Source of the DNA: Vicugna vicugna
Taxonomy: Eukaryota
Assembly (NCBI GenBank): GCA_013265495.1
Contig: MU058103.1
Coordinates: 684,001 to 748,000 of the forward strand
Reading direction: 5' to 3'
DNA length: 64,000 nucleotides
This document shows positions 49,646 to 62,023 of this stretch, piece after piece (position 1 is the stretch's first letter; every line of letters begins with the position of its first letter). The notes beneath the pieces were generated by a model. It was not told the origin of the DNA and ran no database searches. It worked only from the letters and a program-made list of their open reading frames with translations. The position numbers were made by a program, and so were the translations under genes.

Positions 49646-51475
49646 AAATAGCACCCAAAGTAATAAAATATCTAGGAATAAATCTAACCAGGGAGGTGAA
49701 AGAATTATACACAGAAAACTATAAACCACTGATGAAGGAAATTAGAGAAGACTTTAAAAAATGGAAAGATATTCCATGCTCTAGGAAGAATCAATATTGT
49801 TAAAATGGTCACACTGCCCAAGACAATCTACAGATTTAATGCAATCCCTATCCAATTACCCAGGACATATTTCACAGAACTAGAACAAATCATAATAAAA
49901 TTTATATGGAACCATCAGAGACCTAGAATTGCCAAAGCATTACTGAAGAGAAAGAAAGAGGCTGGAGGAATAACTCTCCCAGACTTCAGACAATACATAG
50001 AGCTACAGTCATCAAGACAGCATGGTATTGGTACCAAAACAGACATATAGACCAATGGAATAGAATAGAGAGCCCAGAAATGAATCCACAAACTTTTGGT
50101 CAACTCATCTTCGACAAAGGAGGCAAGAATATACAGTGGAATAAACACAGTCTCTTCAGCAAATGGTGTTGGGAAAACTGGACAGCAGCATGTAAAGCAA
50201 TGAAGCTAGAACACTCCCTGACACCATACATAAAAATCAACTCAAAATGGATTAAAGACTTAAACATAAGACAAGATACAATAAACCTCCCTGAAGAAAA
50301 CATAGGCAAAACATTATCTGACATACATCTCAAAAATATTCTACTAGGACAGTCTACTCAAGTAATAGAGATAAAGGCAAGAATAAACAAATGGGACCTA
50401 ATGAAACTTACAAGCTTCTGCAGAGCAAAGGAAACCATAAATAAAACAAAAAGACAGCCTACGGAATGGGAGAAAATTTTTGCAAATGAAACCGACAAAG
50501 GCTTGATCTCCAGAATATATAAGCAGCTCACACGACTTAATAAGAAACAACCAAACAACCCAATCCAAAAATGGGCAGAAGACCTGAACAAGCAATTCTC
50601 CAAGGAAGACATACAAATGATCAAAAAGCACATGAAAAAATGCTCAATATCACTAATTATCAGAGAAATGCAAATCAAAACTACAATGAGGTATCACCTC
50701 ACACCAGTCAGAATGGCCGTCATTCAAAAATCCAAAAATGACAAATGCTGGAGAGGCTGTGGAGAAAGGGGAACCCTCCTACACTGCTGGTGGGAATGCA
50801 GTTTGGTGCAGTCACTGTGGAAAACAGTATGGAGATTCCTCAAAAGACTAGGAATAGACTTACCATATGACCCAGGAATCCCGCTCCTGGGCTTGTATCC
50901 AGAAGGAACCCTACTTCAGGATGACACCTGCATCCCAATGTTCATAGCAGCACTATTTACAATAGCCAAGACATGGAGACAGCCTAAATGTCCATCAACG
51001 GATGACTGGATAAAGAAGAAGTGGTATATTTATACAATGGAATACTACTCAGCCATAAAAACCAACAACATAATGCCATTTGCAGCAACATGGATGCTCC
51101 TGGAGAATGTCATTCTAAGTGAAGTAAGCCAGAAAGTGAAAGAAAAATACCATATGAGATCGCTCATATGTGGAATCTAAAACAAAAACAAAAACAAACA
51201 AACAAAGCATAAATACAAAACAGAAACAGACTCATAGACCTAAAATACAAACTTGTGGTTGCCAAGGGGGCAGAGGGTGGGAAGGGATTTCAAAATTGTA
51301 GAATAGATAAACAAGATTATACTGTTTAGCACAGGAAAATATACACAAGATCTTATGGTAGCTTACAGAGAAAAAAATGTGACAATGAATATATGTATGT
51401 TCATATATAACTGAAATGTTGTGCCCTACACTGGAATTTGACACAACATTGTAAAATGATTATAAGTCAATAAAA
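49646..51475 (+). mobile_element. Young 5'-truncated L1, same subfamily as 16785-18543
   Basis: TSD aaa(a/t)tttcttct (49634-49645/51476-51487); continuous ORF2 and 3'UTR homology to the minus-strand copy. Confidence 0.95.
50080..51180 (+). pseudogene. Open 366-aa C-terminal fragment of L1 ORF2p (no EN or RT core)
   Basis: Contains the CCHC-type motif [18 protein letters not shown] and the native end RSLICGI*; element is 5'-truncated and has no promoter. Confidence 0.95.
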
Positions 51476-53447
51476 AAATTTTCTTCTGTATAGCACAGGG
51501 AACTATATTCAATATCTTGTAATAACCTTTAATGAAAATGAATATATGCATGTATATGCATGACTGGAACATTGTGCTGTACACCAGAAATTGACACACT
51601 GTAACTGGCTATACTTCAGTTAAAAATAGTATCAGTCAATCAATAAATAATAAAAATAAAAAGAGAAAATGAAAAAAAAAAGTCTTAGAGGTGAATGTCT
51701 ATAGCAACATTATATGTGATAACCCCAAACTAGAAACAACCCAAATATCCATCAACAAGTGAGTGGAAATATAAACTGTTGTATGGCCATATGATAAAAT
51801 TTTTCAATAAAAGTCAATGAAAAGGAATGAACCTCTGACACATATAGCAATGTAGAGGAATCTCATAATATTATTCTGTGATAAATAAGCCAGATTTTAA
51901 AAAGCTTGATTTCCATGTATGGAAAATTCTAGAAAGTGTAAACTAATTTATAGTAACTGCTAGTGAATCAGTAGCTACCTGGGGACAGGGAATGGGCTGG
52001 AGAGGGGGATTAAAAGGGGTAAGAGGAACTTTTTGGTGACAGTTACATTCATTATCTTAATGCTAGTAATAGTTTTGCGAGTATATATGTAATTCAAGGA
52101 TTGACAGGTTGTACACTTAAAGCATGCAAGTTTGAAAGAGTTGAAAAATAGAGATCGAGGCAAGCAATGGTAAAGACAGAGCAAAGATGGCTGCAGAACA
52201 CTTTTATCCCTTGTACTCAGAGCCTCGGACCATATTCTTCAGGCAGTGCAGATGCCTTGAAGGCTGTTAGTGGGGCAGTAACATGATTTGTGTTTTAGCA
52301 ACATGGCTGGCAACAGAAAAGGGAGACCTCTGGCAATACAAATTTTTTTTTAAACATGTTAATAGAATTGCAATAAGTGTTCCAAATAATCTCTGCAGGA
52401 TTTCCAGTGAAACCAATTAGCATTCATTTGAAAAAATGCTAGTGGGGTTTGGGACTTATTCTGTAGCCATTAAAACAAATTGGCCCACACTGGCTTCCAA
52501 GCTAGTAAGTGGCAGAGCAATGACTTAAAACCAAGACTATCTGATTTCAGTGCCAATTTCTCTTTCTGCTACACTTGCCCTCCCCAACCTGCACACTAAT
52601 CTCTTTCCAAAACCTAGTGGTGATGAGGACTTGTGCAATCAAATGAGAATTTTCAGGATTTCCTTCAGATCAGAACATGGAACATGTGTAACATTATGAA
52701 GAGCCTGGTTCTTAATGGGAGCTGAATAGGCTGTACGTTCACACCCTGAAGCATGCTGCCCTCATAGTTTACATCTACACCCCTTTTTTGAAAAGATGAG
52801 TCACATTCTAAGATCATCCCCTAAGCTGCACATATTAAAAGTGATTAGAATGGCAAGTCATTGTCTTGCTTAAGGGCAATGAATTCAATAGACCGTGGAT
52901 TCTCCATTGGCACAGAGCACCATATTGGTTTAAGAACAGCGTCTCTAAGCTAGTCCAGATTAGATTGTTTCTCAGGGAAGCTCTAAGAGTAAAGAGAATA
53001 GAAAGCAAGAATGCCACATTTAAATTAATTTGGCAAATGAGAGGTTAAACTTTAAGATTTGCAGTCTCTCTGGAAACATGAAAAGCAATTACCCCATTCC
53101 ATCCTGTTTGGAAATTTTTGAAGAAATTTGACATTTTGACGGTCTGTAGTGTCAGTCATTCATTCTGTGGCAAATGAATGGAAACCTACATAAAACTTGC
53201 CTGTCTGGTTTTTCAAAATTGTTGAACAAAAACTCTCTTTGGACCTTGGCTAATAGTACTAATCAAAACTTTAATAATAGACTTGTCATTTACCCTTTTC
53301 ATTATAAATTGGATGGGTCTGGAGACAGAATGTAGTTTTCACACAAAAGAATGAGCTATGTGTATTTCAGGCTTGTTACAAAGTCAAGGAATAAAAGGGA
53401 ATAAAACTGGGCCTAAGGATTAAGAAATTCCTTCCTAATTTGGCTAA

Positions 53448-53450
53448 TTT

Positions 53451-53530
<80 letters not shown>

Positions 53531-53654
53531 TTCTTTCTTTCTTTCTTTCTTTTCTTTCTTTTCTTTCTTTCTTTCTTTCTTTTCTTTCTTTTCTTTCTTT
53601 CTTTCTTTCTTTTCTTTCTTTTCTTTCTTTTCTTTCTTTCTTTTTTTTTTTTTT
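53448..53654. repeat. Compound (TTTC)n/poly-T pure pyrimidine tract
   Basis: 207 nt with no purine. Confidence 0.98.
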
Positions 53655-53829
53655 AAGTCCTAGAGAGGAAAACGGGACTGGTTCTCATTTACTCATTAGT
53701 TCTCATTCAGTTGCTTATTGAGCCAAACAGGCATCACTGTGCACTATGCAGAGTAGTAAGGACTATGGGAACAGCTTAGACTGCCTGTGTTTGCAGCTCA
53801 TAGTGGAAATTAATAGAACAAAAGGATTA

Positions 53830-54290
53830 AAATGCATGTCTTGGCTTTTGATAAAACTAGGTTCACATTCTGACTTTGCCCACGCTGTCTCTGATGAACT
53901 TATTTACATGTCTAAGCCTTTTATTCTTATCTGTGATTAACTCTAACAGTAATACACACCTCTTAGGATTTCAGTGAAGGTCACATGATGTCTTGTATCC
54001 AAAACACTTGGACCCTGTGCTGGGTGTATTATGACAATACATTGCACATTATCTTCATGTACTTGGACATATTTTTACAGAGCAGTGGAATTAAGTGTGG
54101 GTCAGGTACTTTGCATGTGCTTTCTCACTTAGCCTTTCATAACGCCTCTATTTCATTTTGCCAGTGTGGAAACTGAGAAACAGAATATTTAAGAAACTTT
54201 CTTAAAATCATTCAGTTGGTAAATGGCAGAGTCAAGACTTGATCAAGTTCCTTCTGTTCTCAAGCCCATGTGTTTTCTACTGTACAATGC
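53830..54290. mobile_element. Tail-to-tail MIR pair
   Basis: ggttcacattctgactttgcc...ttatctgt (+); ggaaactgagaaacag...gtaaatggcagagtcaagacttga (-). Confidence 0.7.
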
Positions 54291-55349
54291 TTCTGCTTTC
54301 TAAGTTAAAATTAAAAAAGGAAAGAATACCACAAGAAATATTCATTTATTAGTGAAAATCTTTTGGTACAATTCTATTACTAACCAAATCTGCATATTTA
54401 TATCAGTATCTATATGTAAAATTAAATTGTAAAAGCAAATATAAATTTTGTTATTCAACAACATGCTTTTGCAAAGAATTGCACAGTGAATATGCTCTCT
54501 CTTCTCACAAGTTTTTATACAAATGAATCTTGGATCAATTTTCCAGCCGTGTTTATGGTGATTGCACTTGCTAAGCCAAAATTTAAGAGACTGTTCTGAA
54601 TACAAGTACTATTTCTTCTTAAAATTGCATGGAAAGCCTAACATATTAAGCAAAATAGTTAGAATCCCCTTTAAAAGTATACGAAGCAGTATAGGTTGAG
54701 AAGGCTGGCTGTAGTACAAGCCGTATCATATAGTGGTTACGTGAGGTTAGATAAATGAGGCTAATGGAGATTGGAGAGATTAGCGCTCAGAGCTCTGCCT
54801 CAGTCTCTATCTGTGTAGCCATGGGCAAGAGAATCTTTCAAGTTCAGTTTTCTCAACTGTAGAGTAGAAATAGTGATAGCAAATAGCCCCTATGCATGGT
54901 GCTCTTCTAAGGATTAAATGAGATCATGGTGCAGGTCAGTTAGCTCAGTGCCTGACGTGGAGCACTGAATAAACTGGATGTGATTGCTGATGCTGTGTGG
55001 TTGTGTAGGTTTCCATAGTGAATTCTGTTCAAGTTCAGGTGAATCCACAAGGATAGATAAGTGTATGAGATGATGTTTTGGTGGAAACATTTGTTCCCCA
55101 GAAAGCACTCCATTTTTAATTCCCTTTCAATCTTTCTAATTGCTTCAGAGAAGGTTTTTCAATGAATTAGGAGTTAGTGCACACCTAAAAACACCTGACA
55201 ATCTTCATTTGAACCAGAGGCTCAGTGTGAAAGACTAAGCTTGTCTTTCTCAGCCCATAGCTGCTGCAGGAGTGAGAGATGGGGTTCGAAAGGTGCAGGC
55301 TTTAGGGGTACCGGCAAGCTAAAATTGTACAATAGTCTGTATATTTATA

Positions 55350-56390
55350 ACAGAGGACAGAACTGTTTCATCTAAAGATAACATGACCCAGTGCCTAGAT
55401 CTTGGTTTCTAGTACTATTCTCCAATAGAACTCACACAAACTCCATGGATAAATGGCTGATTTTAGAGCTGAGACATAGAATATATAAGATAAACCTGGA
55501 ACATCTTGTAGTGCCTGAAATTAAGGAATTGCTCAAAACACAAAATGAGGAGGATATGCCAAAAAACACAGAAGCCAACTGGAAAAGCTCCCAATGGCCA
55601 AAGCTGGAATAATTTGAATAACAAAATCAATAATGTAGTATTGACCTGTGCATACAAAATGAAATCCACATGATATAAATAAATGATAGGATAAAAAAAT
55701 AAGTAAGAGGGAGATAAATCTCCCATATAGACGAATTTCAAATATTTTATGTAAATACTTACCCTTCTATGCCTTAATTATGGACTATGCTTAGTGACTT
55801 GCTTACCAAGAATACAGTATGGAAAGGGCGGAAAATAACTTCCCAGTGGAGAATCCTGACATATACTACCTTAGCTAGTTAAGTTTAATATCACCAGTGA
55901 TGAATCTCAGTAAGTGCTGAGAATATACCCTTGGTAAGGACTGAAAATGGTAAGTCACCTGTGGGGTCTTCCTGCCCCAAACCCATTACCCGAGCCTAAT
56001 TATAAGAAAAAGCATCAGATGAACCTAAGTTGAGGAACATTTTATAAAATACCTGACTAATACTTTTCAAAACTGGCATGGTCATCAAGGACAATCTCAG
56101 AAACAGTCGCAGCCCAGAGGAACCTAGGGAGACATGACAGCTAAATGTAATGTGCTGTCCTGAATGGAACAGGAAAAGGGCATTAAGGAAATCTAATAAA
56201 CTATGATAAAGTATGGAGTTTAGTTAATAAGAATGTATCAATATTGATTCATTGATTGGAACAAGTGTGCCTTATCAATATATTAACAAATATGGGAAAG
56301 TAGGTGCAGGATATACAGAAACTGTTCTGTCTTTCCAACTTTTGTGTAAATCTAGAACTATTCTAAAATAAAGAAAAAAAGAGATAATAT
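55350..56390 (+). mobile_element. L1MC/MD-type 3'UTR
   Basis: gagacatgacagctaaatgtaatgtg; gtatggagtttagttaata; tgtaaatctagaactattctaaaataaa. Confidence 0.85.
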
Positions 56391-56434
56391 GAAAGATATT
56401 CCTACTCAGAGTATAATACTTTCTTATAAAATGA

Positions 56435-56955
56435 TTTTCAGTGTCCAACATGGCAGCTGTTAGCACCTATGGCCATTTGAGTACATGAAATGTGGGTAGT
56501 CTCAAATGAGATCTGCTTTAAGTATAAAATACACACCTGGTTTGGGAAACTTAGTCCACATAAAAAATGTGAAATACCCTTATTAATAATTTTTTATTGA
56601 TTACATATTGAAATGATATTTTGGACACGTGCATCTTTTTTTTTTTAACATTGTTAACTGTTTTTATTTATTTATTGTTAACGGAGGTACTGGGGATTGA
56701 ACCTAGGACCTTGTGCTTGCTAGGCACGCACTCTACTGCTGAGCTATACCTTCCCCCGAAATGATATTTTGAATACATTAGATACATATATTTGAATTTT
56801 TATATAAAATATATGATTAAATTAATTTCACCCATTTACATTTACTTTTCTTAATGTGACTACAAAAACACTAAAAATTTCTTATGTGGCTCGCATTTTG
56901 TTTCCAAATAGACATTTTACTTTAAGTTTCTTTATGTTTCTATTGGACAGCACGC
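56435..56955. mobile_element. MER33/MER3-like hAT-Charlie MITE split by a SINE
   Basis: gtgtccaa...tctattggacagcac TIR remnants; aagtataaaatacacacc; atgtggctcgcatt. Confidence 0.8.
56636..56757 (-). mobile_element. tRNA-Ala-derived SINE (camelid Vic-1 type)
   Basis: Minus strand GGGGGAAGGTATAGCTCAGCAGTAGAG...GGTTCAATCCCCAGTACCTCC with A/B boxes and an A-rich tail. Confidence 0.9.
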
Positions 56956-58309
56956 TTCCAAGCTATTAACAAGGATATTTTAGTAAAACAGGGTATGTGT
57001 TCTGTGTGTTTACTTAAATGTTTGTATATATGTGGATTTTTCCATATAATACTGTTTTTGTTGCTATTGTAATTTTTTAATAGAAGATAACCCAAACACT
57101 TGAAGAAGAAGTCCAAACAAAAAGTTTCAGTCTTGGGTGCAGATTTTCACATATAGTTATTTACCTACTTGAGATAGCACCCCAGGCTAGACTAGGTCCT
57201 GTGTAGGTTGATGGGTGGTCTTGGAGTCCAACTTCTCACCTCAGATGCTGCTTGCAGGGCCTGTCTGCTATGTATCTAGGATCGCTTTTTGCATTATTTT
57301 CCCCAAGGATTCTACAAGATACTGCATGATCAGTGTATTGCAGAGACAGACAAAGTAGAGAGACATTCTTCCCTCCCTTTAATCTAAAACTGTAGGTGCC
57401 CTTCCCATGAAAAGTGTAACTATATCTCAACCTTTCAAACTCCCATTGCCTGAAATAATGTGAGTAAAAGAGCACCAATCTTATTAATGTTGCCTTCTGG
57501 GTGATACCTGGTGATTAAAAAAAAAAAATAGAAGAAGAAAAGGAACAGAATAAACTGCCATTTTCTTCCTTTTGTACCGGGAAAAGGCCTCATTCTTTAA
57601 GATTTAGCTTCAGGCACTTCTCATTGTCAAGATTTTTCTCATCCCAACTTTAAATGTCTCTGTACTCCTAGTATACTGTCTTTGACAATATCTCATCGTA
57701 GTCTTGTCAGGATGGTAGAGATATGTCTCAGTCACTCAGTTTTGAGATCCCATGTCTCTTCTAGGGTAGCAAGACATGGGAAAGGATTTTCAAGACTGAC
57801 CTAGGTGCCATTCCTCCTTTAAACAAACACAGATCCAATTAGGAGCCAAATAAAGATAGGAAAAGCTATCAGGACCATATAAAACAACAGGTAGTTAATA
57901 AATGACTGAATGAATGAGCACAATAATGTGTTCCCTTTCTTCTGTGTAGGTCAACTTCCTGTATATGTAACTCCAACAGCATTCACAGAGGTCTTTTTGC
58001 ATCTTCCCACCTATTCCCAAATGTAAGGGTTCTCCCTACAACGTGCCTTGTTGTTTGCACTACTCCCTTCCTAAATTACTGAGAAATGCTGTTTTGCCCT
58101 TCTAATACTGATGATCTTATTATAAATGCCAATGGCTAGATCTAATTTTGAAAGAAATGAGAAAGTAAGAGAGGCCTTAGGCAACCTAAGACAAGACAGA
58201 TTAGCTTGGGCCTCTGGTAAATCAAAAAGGAGCACAGACTCAGGATGAATGCACTGAAGTTACTTTGGTAACTGCATTATTTGAACTTCCCTGCACATCT
58301 ATTATTTAG

Positions 58310-59385
58310 AAGAGTGAGAGGAAATTACTTTTAATAGAACTAACAGAATCCATAAAATTTTTAAATTTGAGAAAAATCACAATATATTATAAATTAAGAA
58401 CATCTACTTATTAAGAGAATAAAACAAGGAAACTTACAGTGTAGAAAAGATATCTGCACTACATACATCTACCTGACAAAGGACTTGTACCCAGAATATG
58501 TAAAGAACTTCCATAAATCAATAGGAAAAGGTAGGTAACCCAGTGGGAAAATGGGCAAAGGACTTGGATACTTCACAAAAAAGGGTATCCAAATGGCTAT
58601 TGAAATGCTTTTTTTTAAATGTTTAGTTTCATCAGTCATCAGGGAATGTAAATTAAAAACATAATGCTATATTACTACATACCCCTCAAAATAACTAAGA
58701 TGACCAAGATGGAAAATAACACAGGTTGGCAAGGATGTGGATGAACAAGAACTCTTGTACATTGCTGGTGGGAATATAATTTGGTATTGCCATTTGGAGA
58801 CTCTTTGACAATACATACTGAAGCTGAACATATGTATAACCTCAGCAGTTTACTCGTGGGTATATACTCAACAGAATGCCCACATGTTGTTACCAGAATC
58901 CACGTACGAGAATGTTATCACAACTCTGTCCGAAACAGCCTCTAATTGGAAACTACACAAATGTCAGCCAACAATAAAAGGGATAAATTCGCTGTGGCAT
59001 ATTCACACAATGGAACGCTATAAAGTAATGAGAATTGGGTAATCTACAACTAGTATATTCACAAATACACAGGACTCTCACAAAATTAATGTTGAGGGGA
59101 AATTCAGACAAAATAGAGTACATACTGTAACAGTTCATTTTATAGTCAATTTAAAGCAGGCAAACCTAATATATATCATTGGCATTCAGAAACGTAGTTA
59201 CTCCGGAGTGAGGAGAAGGATAGTGACTAGCTGGAAACACAAAGGGTTTCTGGGGCTCTGGTGACACTCTGTGTCTTGATTTGGGTATAATTACATGTGT
59301 GTTTAGTTGTAAAAATATATCAAACTGTACACTTGTGATATATAAGCAAACGATTCCAGTTGAAACATTTATTTTAAAAATGTTG
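58310..59385 (+). mobile_element. Old L1ME-type 3' portion
   Basis: ctgacaaaggacttgtacccagaatatgtaaagaact; gttggcaaggatgtgga; cattgctggtgggaat. Confidence 0.85.
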
Positions 59386-60479
59386 CAGTACAAATTCTTT
59401 TCAATTTTAGGTCCAGGCTAGGGTGAAATATTTCTCAGTCCAGGGAGAACCTATATGAGGTTGCATAGAATTGAAGCCTTTGCATAGGTGTGCATGGGCT
59501 ACTGTGTAGGTAACATTAACTGGGAGCTGTTCCAGACAGTGTCCTGAGAACTTGACATGCACTGTGTCATGTAATCTGCACAACAATCTCAATAGGTAGA
59601 AATTAGTATCTCCATTTTACAAAAAAAGAAATTGACTCGATTTGCAGTAGACTCAGACTCATACCCTTATCAGCTTGATTTCAGAACTTGACCTCTTAGC
59701 TATCATGTTATAGTCTTTATTATTTTTTGTGACTCTCTTTATTAGATTGAATTCCTTTCCCTACAGAGGAATATTTTAAAGGGCAATTACTGGCTGGCAG
59801 TGACCTGTGGGACTCTCTGCACAACCTAGCCTCCCCTCAATCTAGAATTCCAATATGGGATTTGTGAACCAAGTTACTCGGTGTGCCTAGAATAAAGATT
59901 TGCTCATAACACCTCTGCACCCTCTGCAGAGCAGCTAGGAATGAATGCCTTGTGGGATATGCATTTGGAGAAGAGTCTCAATGAGGCTGGCAATAGATGA
60001 GCCTAGACTTAATGAGAAAAGACTTAACTCTACTTGCATATTGTCATCATCAAGTTGTGTGATACTAGATATGATATTTGTGTATTCTAGCCTCAGATTT
60101 TGAGGTTGTAAAATGGGAAAAATAATTACTTCTCTGATTCCCAAAGTGTAGTTTTCTCTCCTTCCACTCCTTTATCTTTTTGTTTTTGCTTCCTTTTCTT
60201 CCTTTTTTTTAAAAATGCAATATGCAACATACTACTCAGTCATTCTTACATATGCTATTTTAGTTTATTATCACAGTAATCTAAGCATTATGTATTTCTA
60301 CCCCACTTTTCTAAGGAGAAATTGAGGCTTCGAGAGATTAAGTAGTTTAAGTTTATACAACTGTACCATTTCCCCTCCATTGCTTATTGTCGCTGAGCCT
60401 CAGCTATAAATTGGAAATAATTGTAATGTTCTATCTGATAGGTAGGGTAGTTATTATCTGTTTGTTTATTGTCATTTTT

Positions 60480-60720
60480 GTGCTTTTGTTTAATTTTAAT
60501 ATTTACTGGGCATCAGCTATATATAAAGCAGTCCACTAAAAACTTTCAAATATATATCATCTCACAAATCATCCTCATAACAATCTGAGATGGAAATTGT
60601 TATACCCATTTTACAGATGAGGAAACTAAGTCTCAAAGAGACCCAGTCATTCAGCTAGTGTGAAGTTAGTGAGATACCGGCTGGACAAGGATGTCAGATC
60701 TAATTGTCCTCCCAGCCCTT
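60480..60720 (-). mobile_element. MIR SINE
   Basis: cccattttacagatgaggaaactaagtctca core. Confidence 0.85.
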
Positions 60721-61569
60721 CGACCCTCCCCTGAATCTCCTCAATAAAATGGTTTGATTTCTGCCACCCCCCAAAAAAAGATCCCTAGTCATTTTCTCAA
60801 GCCCATCAAACTAGACTCCGAGTGTATCTTACTCCAATATGCAGGGTCTACTCACATCTATAGTTCAGAGAATTAAAAACTGTTAATTTACAAAATAATC
60901 ACCTAAACAATAGTGTAAAGGAGAAATTTAATTTTGAAAAAAATTAAAGGAGTTTTGTAACCAAAACCAATGCCATTAACTTCTTTATTTTTTACCATAA
61001 TTTGAAATTAAATCGTTCTCTTCAATAGCTTATTCTTTATTTATTAAAAAGAAATATCAGTTAACTTTCCAATGGGACTGAACACTAAGGAACAAGGAAG
61101 GGAAACCTACTATTTGTTCCTTAAGGATAGGCTTGGGTTAGGTGGGGAATGAAGGTTGAACTGGTGGAAGTTGGGAGACGGGCTAGGAAAGAAAATACAG
61201 TTAAAGACCTTGTATTATGACTGAGTTAAGCACTAAAGTGGGGCCTCCAAACCAGGGGAGAAGTGAATTCCCATGTGTTGATTCTTGAATATGATAGGAA
61301 ATAGTCAAGTGGAGAAGGGGAATTAGGGTTTCCAGAGGGTGGAAATAGCTTATGGAAAAACTGCGAACCTGACAAATCCCAGTGAGTTCTAAGAGGGGCA
61401 GTAGTTCCAAGTATTTGTACTGAAATCATGGTGAGCAGCAGGAGGCCATGGCAGGGCCATGTGCTTTGAGATGTGAAGCTTATAAAAGCTGAGAAGCACT
61501 CTTTCAGGAAAACAGACAGTCGGTAAGATAGTGCTTGTTTATTTAGAATGAGAAAAGAAATCACAGAAT

Positions 61570-62023
61570 AGAGCTAGGTCCTGGGAGATTTATGTCCCTT
61601 TCTTCCTGAATCAGAAATGCTTATATAGCCTGACCTACTCAGAGAAACACTTAAAAGATGTATGGGGATGCTAGTCATGAAGACTAAGTTGCCATATTGT
61701 GAAGAGGGCTGTATAATAAGGAACTATGAACAATTTCTAGGAACTCAGAGCTGACAGCCAGCATGAAAATGGTGACTTCAGCCATACAGTGGTAAAAATT
61801 AAATTCTGCCAATAACCTGTGAGTTCGATATGGACCTCAAGCTCCAGAAGGGAACGTAGCCTGACTGATATCTTTACTGAAGTTTTGTGTGATGCTGGGC
61901 AAAGGACCCAAAGGAGCCATGCCTGGACTCCTGGCCCATAGAAACTGTAAAATAATAAATATGTGTTGCTTTAAATTGTTAGGTTTGTGGTAATTTGTTA
62001 CACAACATCAGGAAAACCAAAGC
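61570..62023 (+). mobile_element. MLT1 (E/F-like) MaLR LTR
   Basis: aattctgccaataacctg; ccatgcctggactcctggcccatagaaactgt; tttgtggtaatttgttac. Confidence 0.85.

Larger units (their letters stand above)
49348..51679 (+). mobile_element. Intermediate-age L1 3' end, split by a younger L1
   Basis: 13-bp TSD aag(a/t)cttagaggt (49335-49347/51680-51692); 3'UTR resumes at 51488 (gtatagcacagggaac). Confidence 0.9.
44640..52135 (+). mobile_element. Long degraded L1M (inter-ORF, ORF2 EN-RT-C, 3'UTR) hosting several later insertions
   Basis: EN start ataatctcattaaatacaaatggactaaacacctcaattaaaa (~45200); RT ttatttgcaaatgacatgattgtctatgtagaaaatcct (FADD region, ~47990). Confidence 0.9.

Noticed and set aside
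50080..51180. 366-aa ORF as a host or domesticated gene
   Set aside because: It is the C-terminal part of L1 ORF2p in a young truncated insertion, and youth explains the open frame.
53440..53721. Phe/Leu/Ser-rich 93-aa ORF
   Set aside because: Translation of the TTTC microsatellite.
56683..56757. tRNA-Ala gene
   Set aside because: It has an A-rich tail and imperfect stems and sits inside a MITE with flanking duplication, so it is a SINE.
61086..61123. 10-bp stem hairpin taaggaacaa/ttgttcctta
   Set aside because: Expected by chance at this window size and has no miRNA-length stem.
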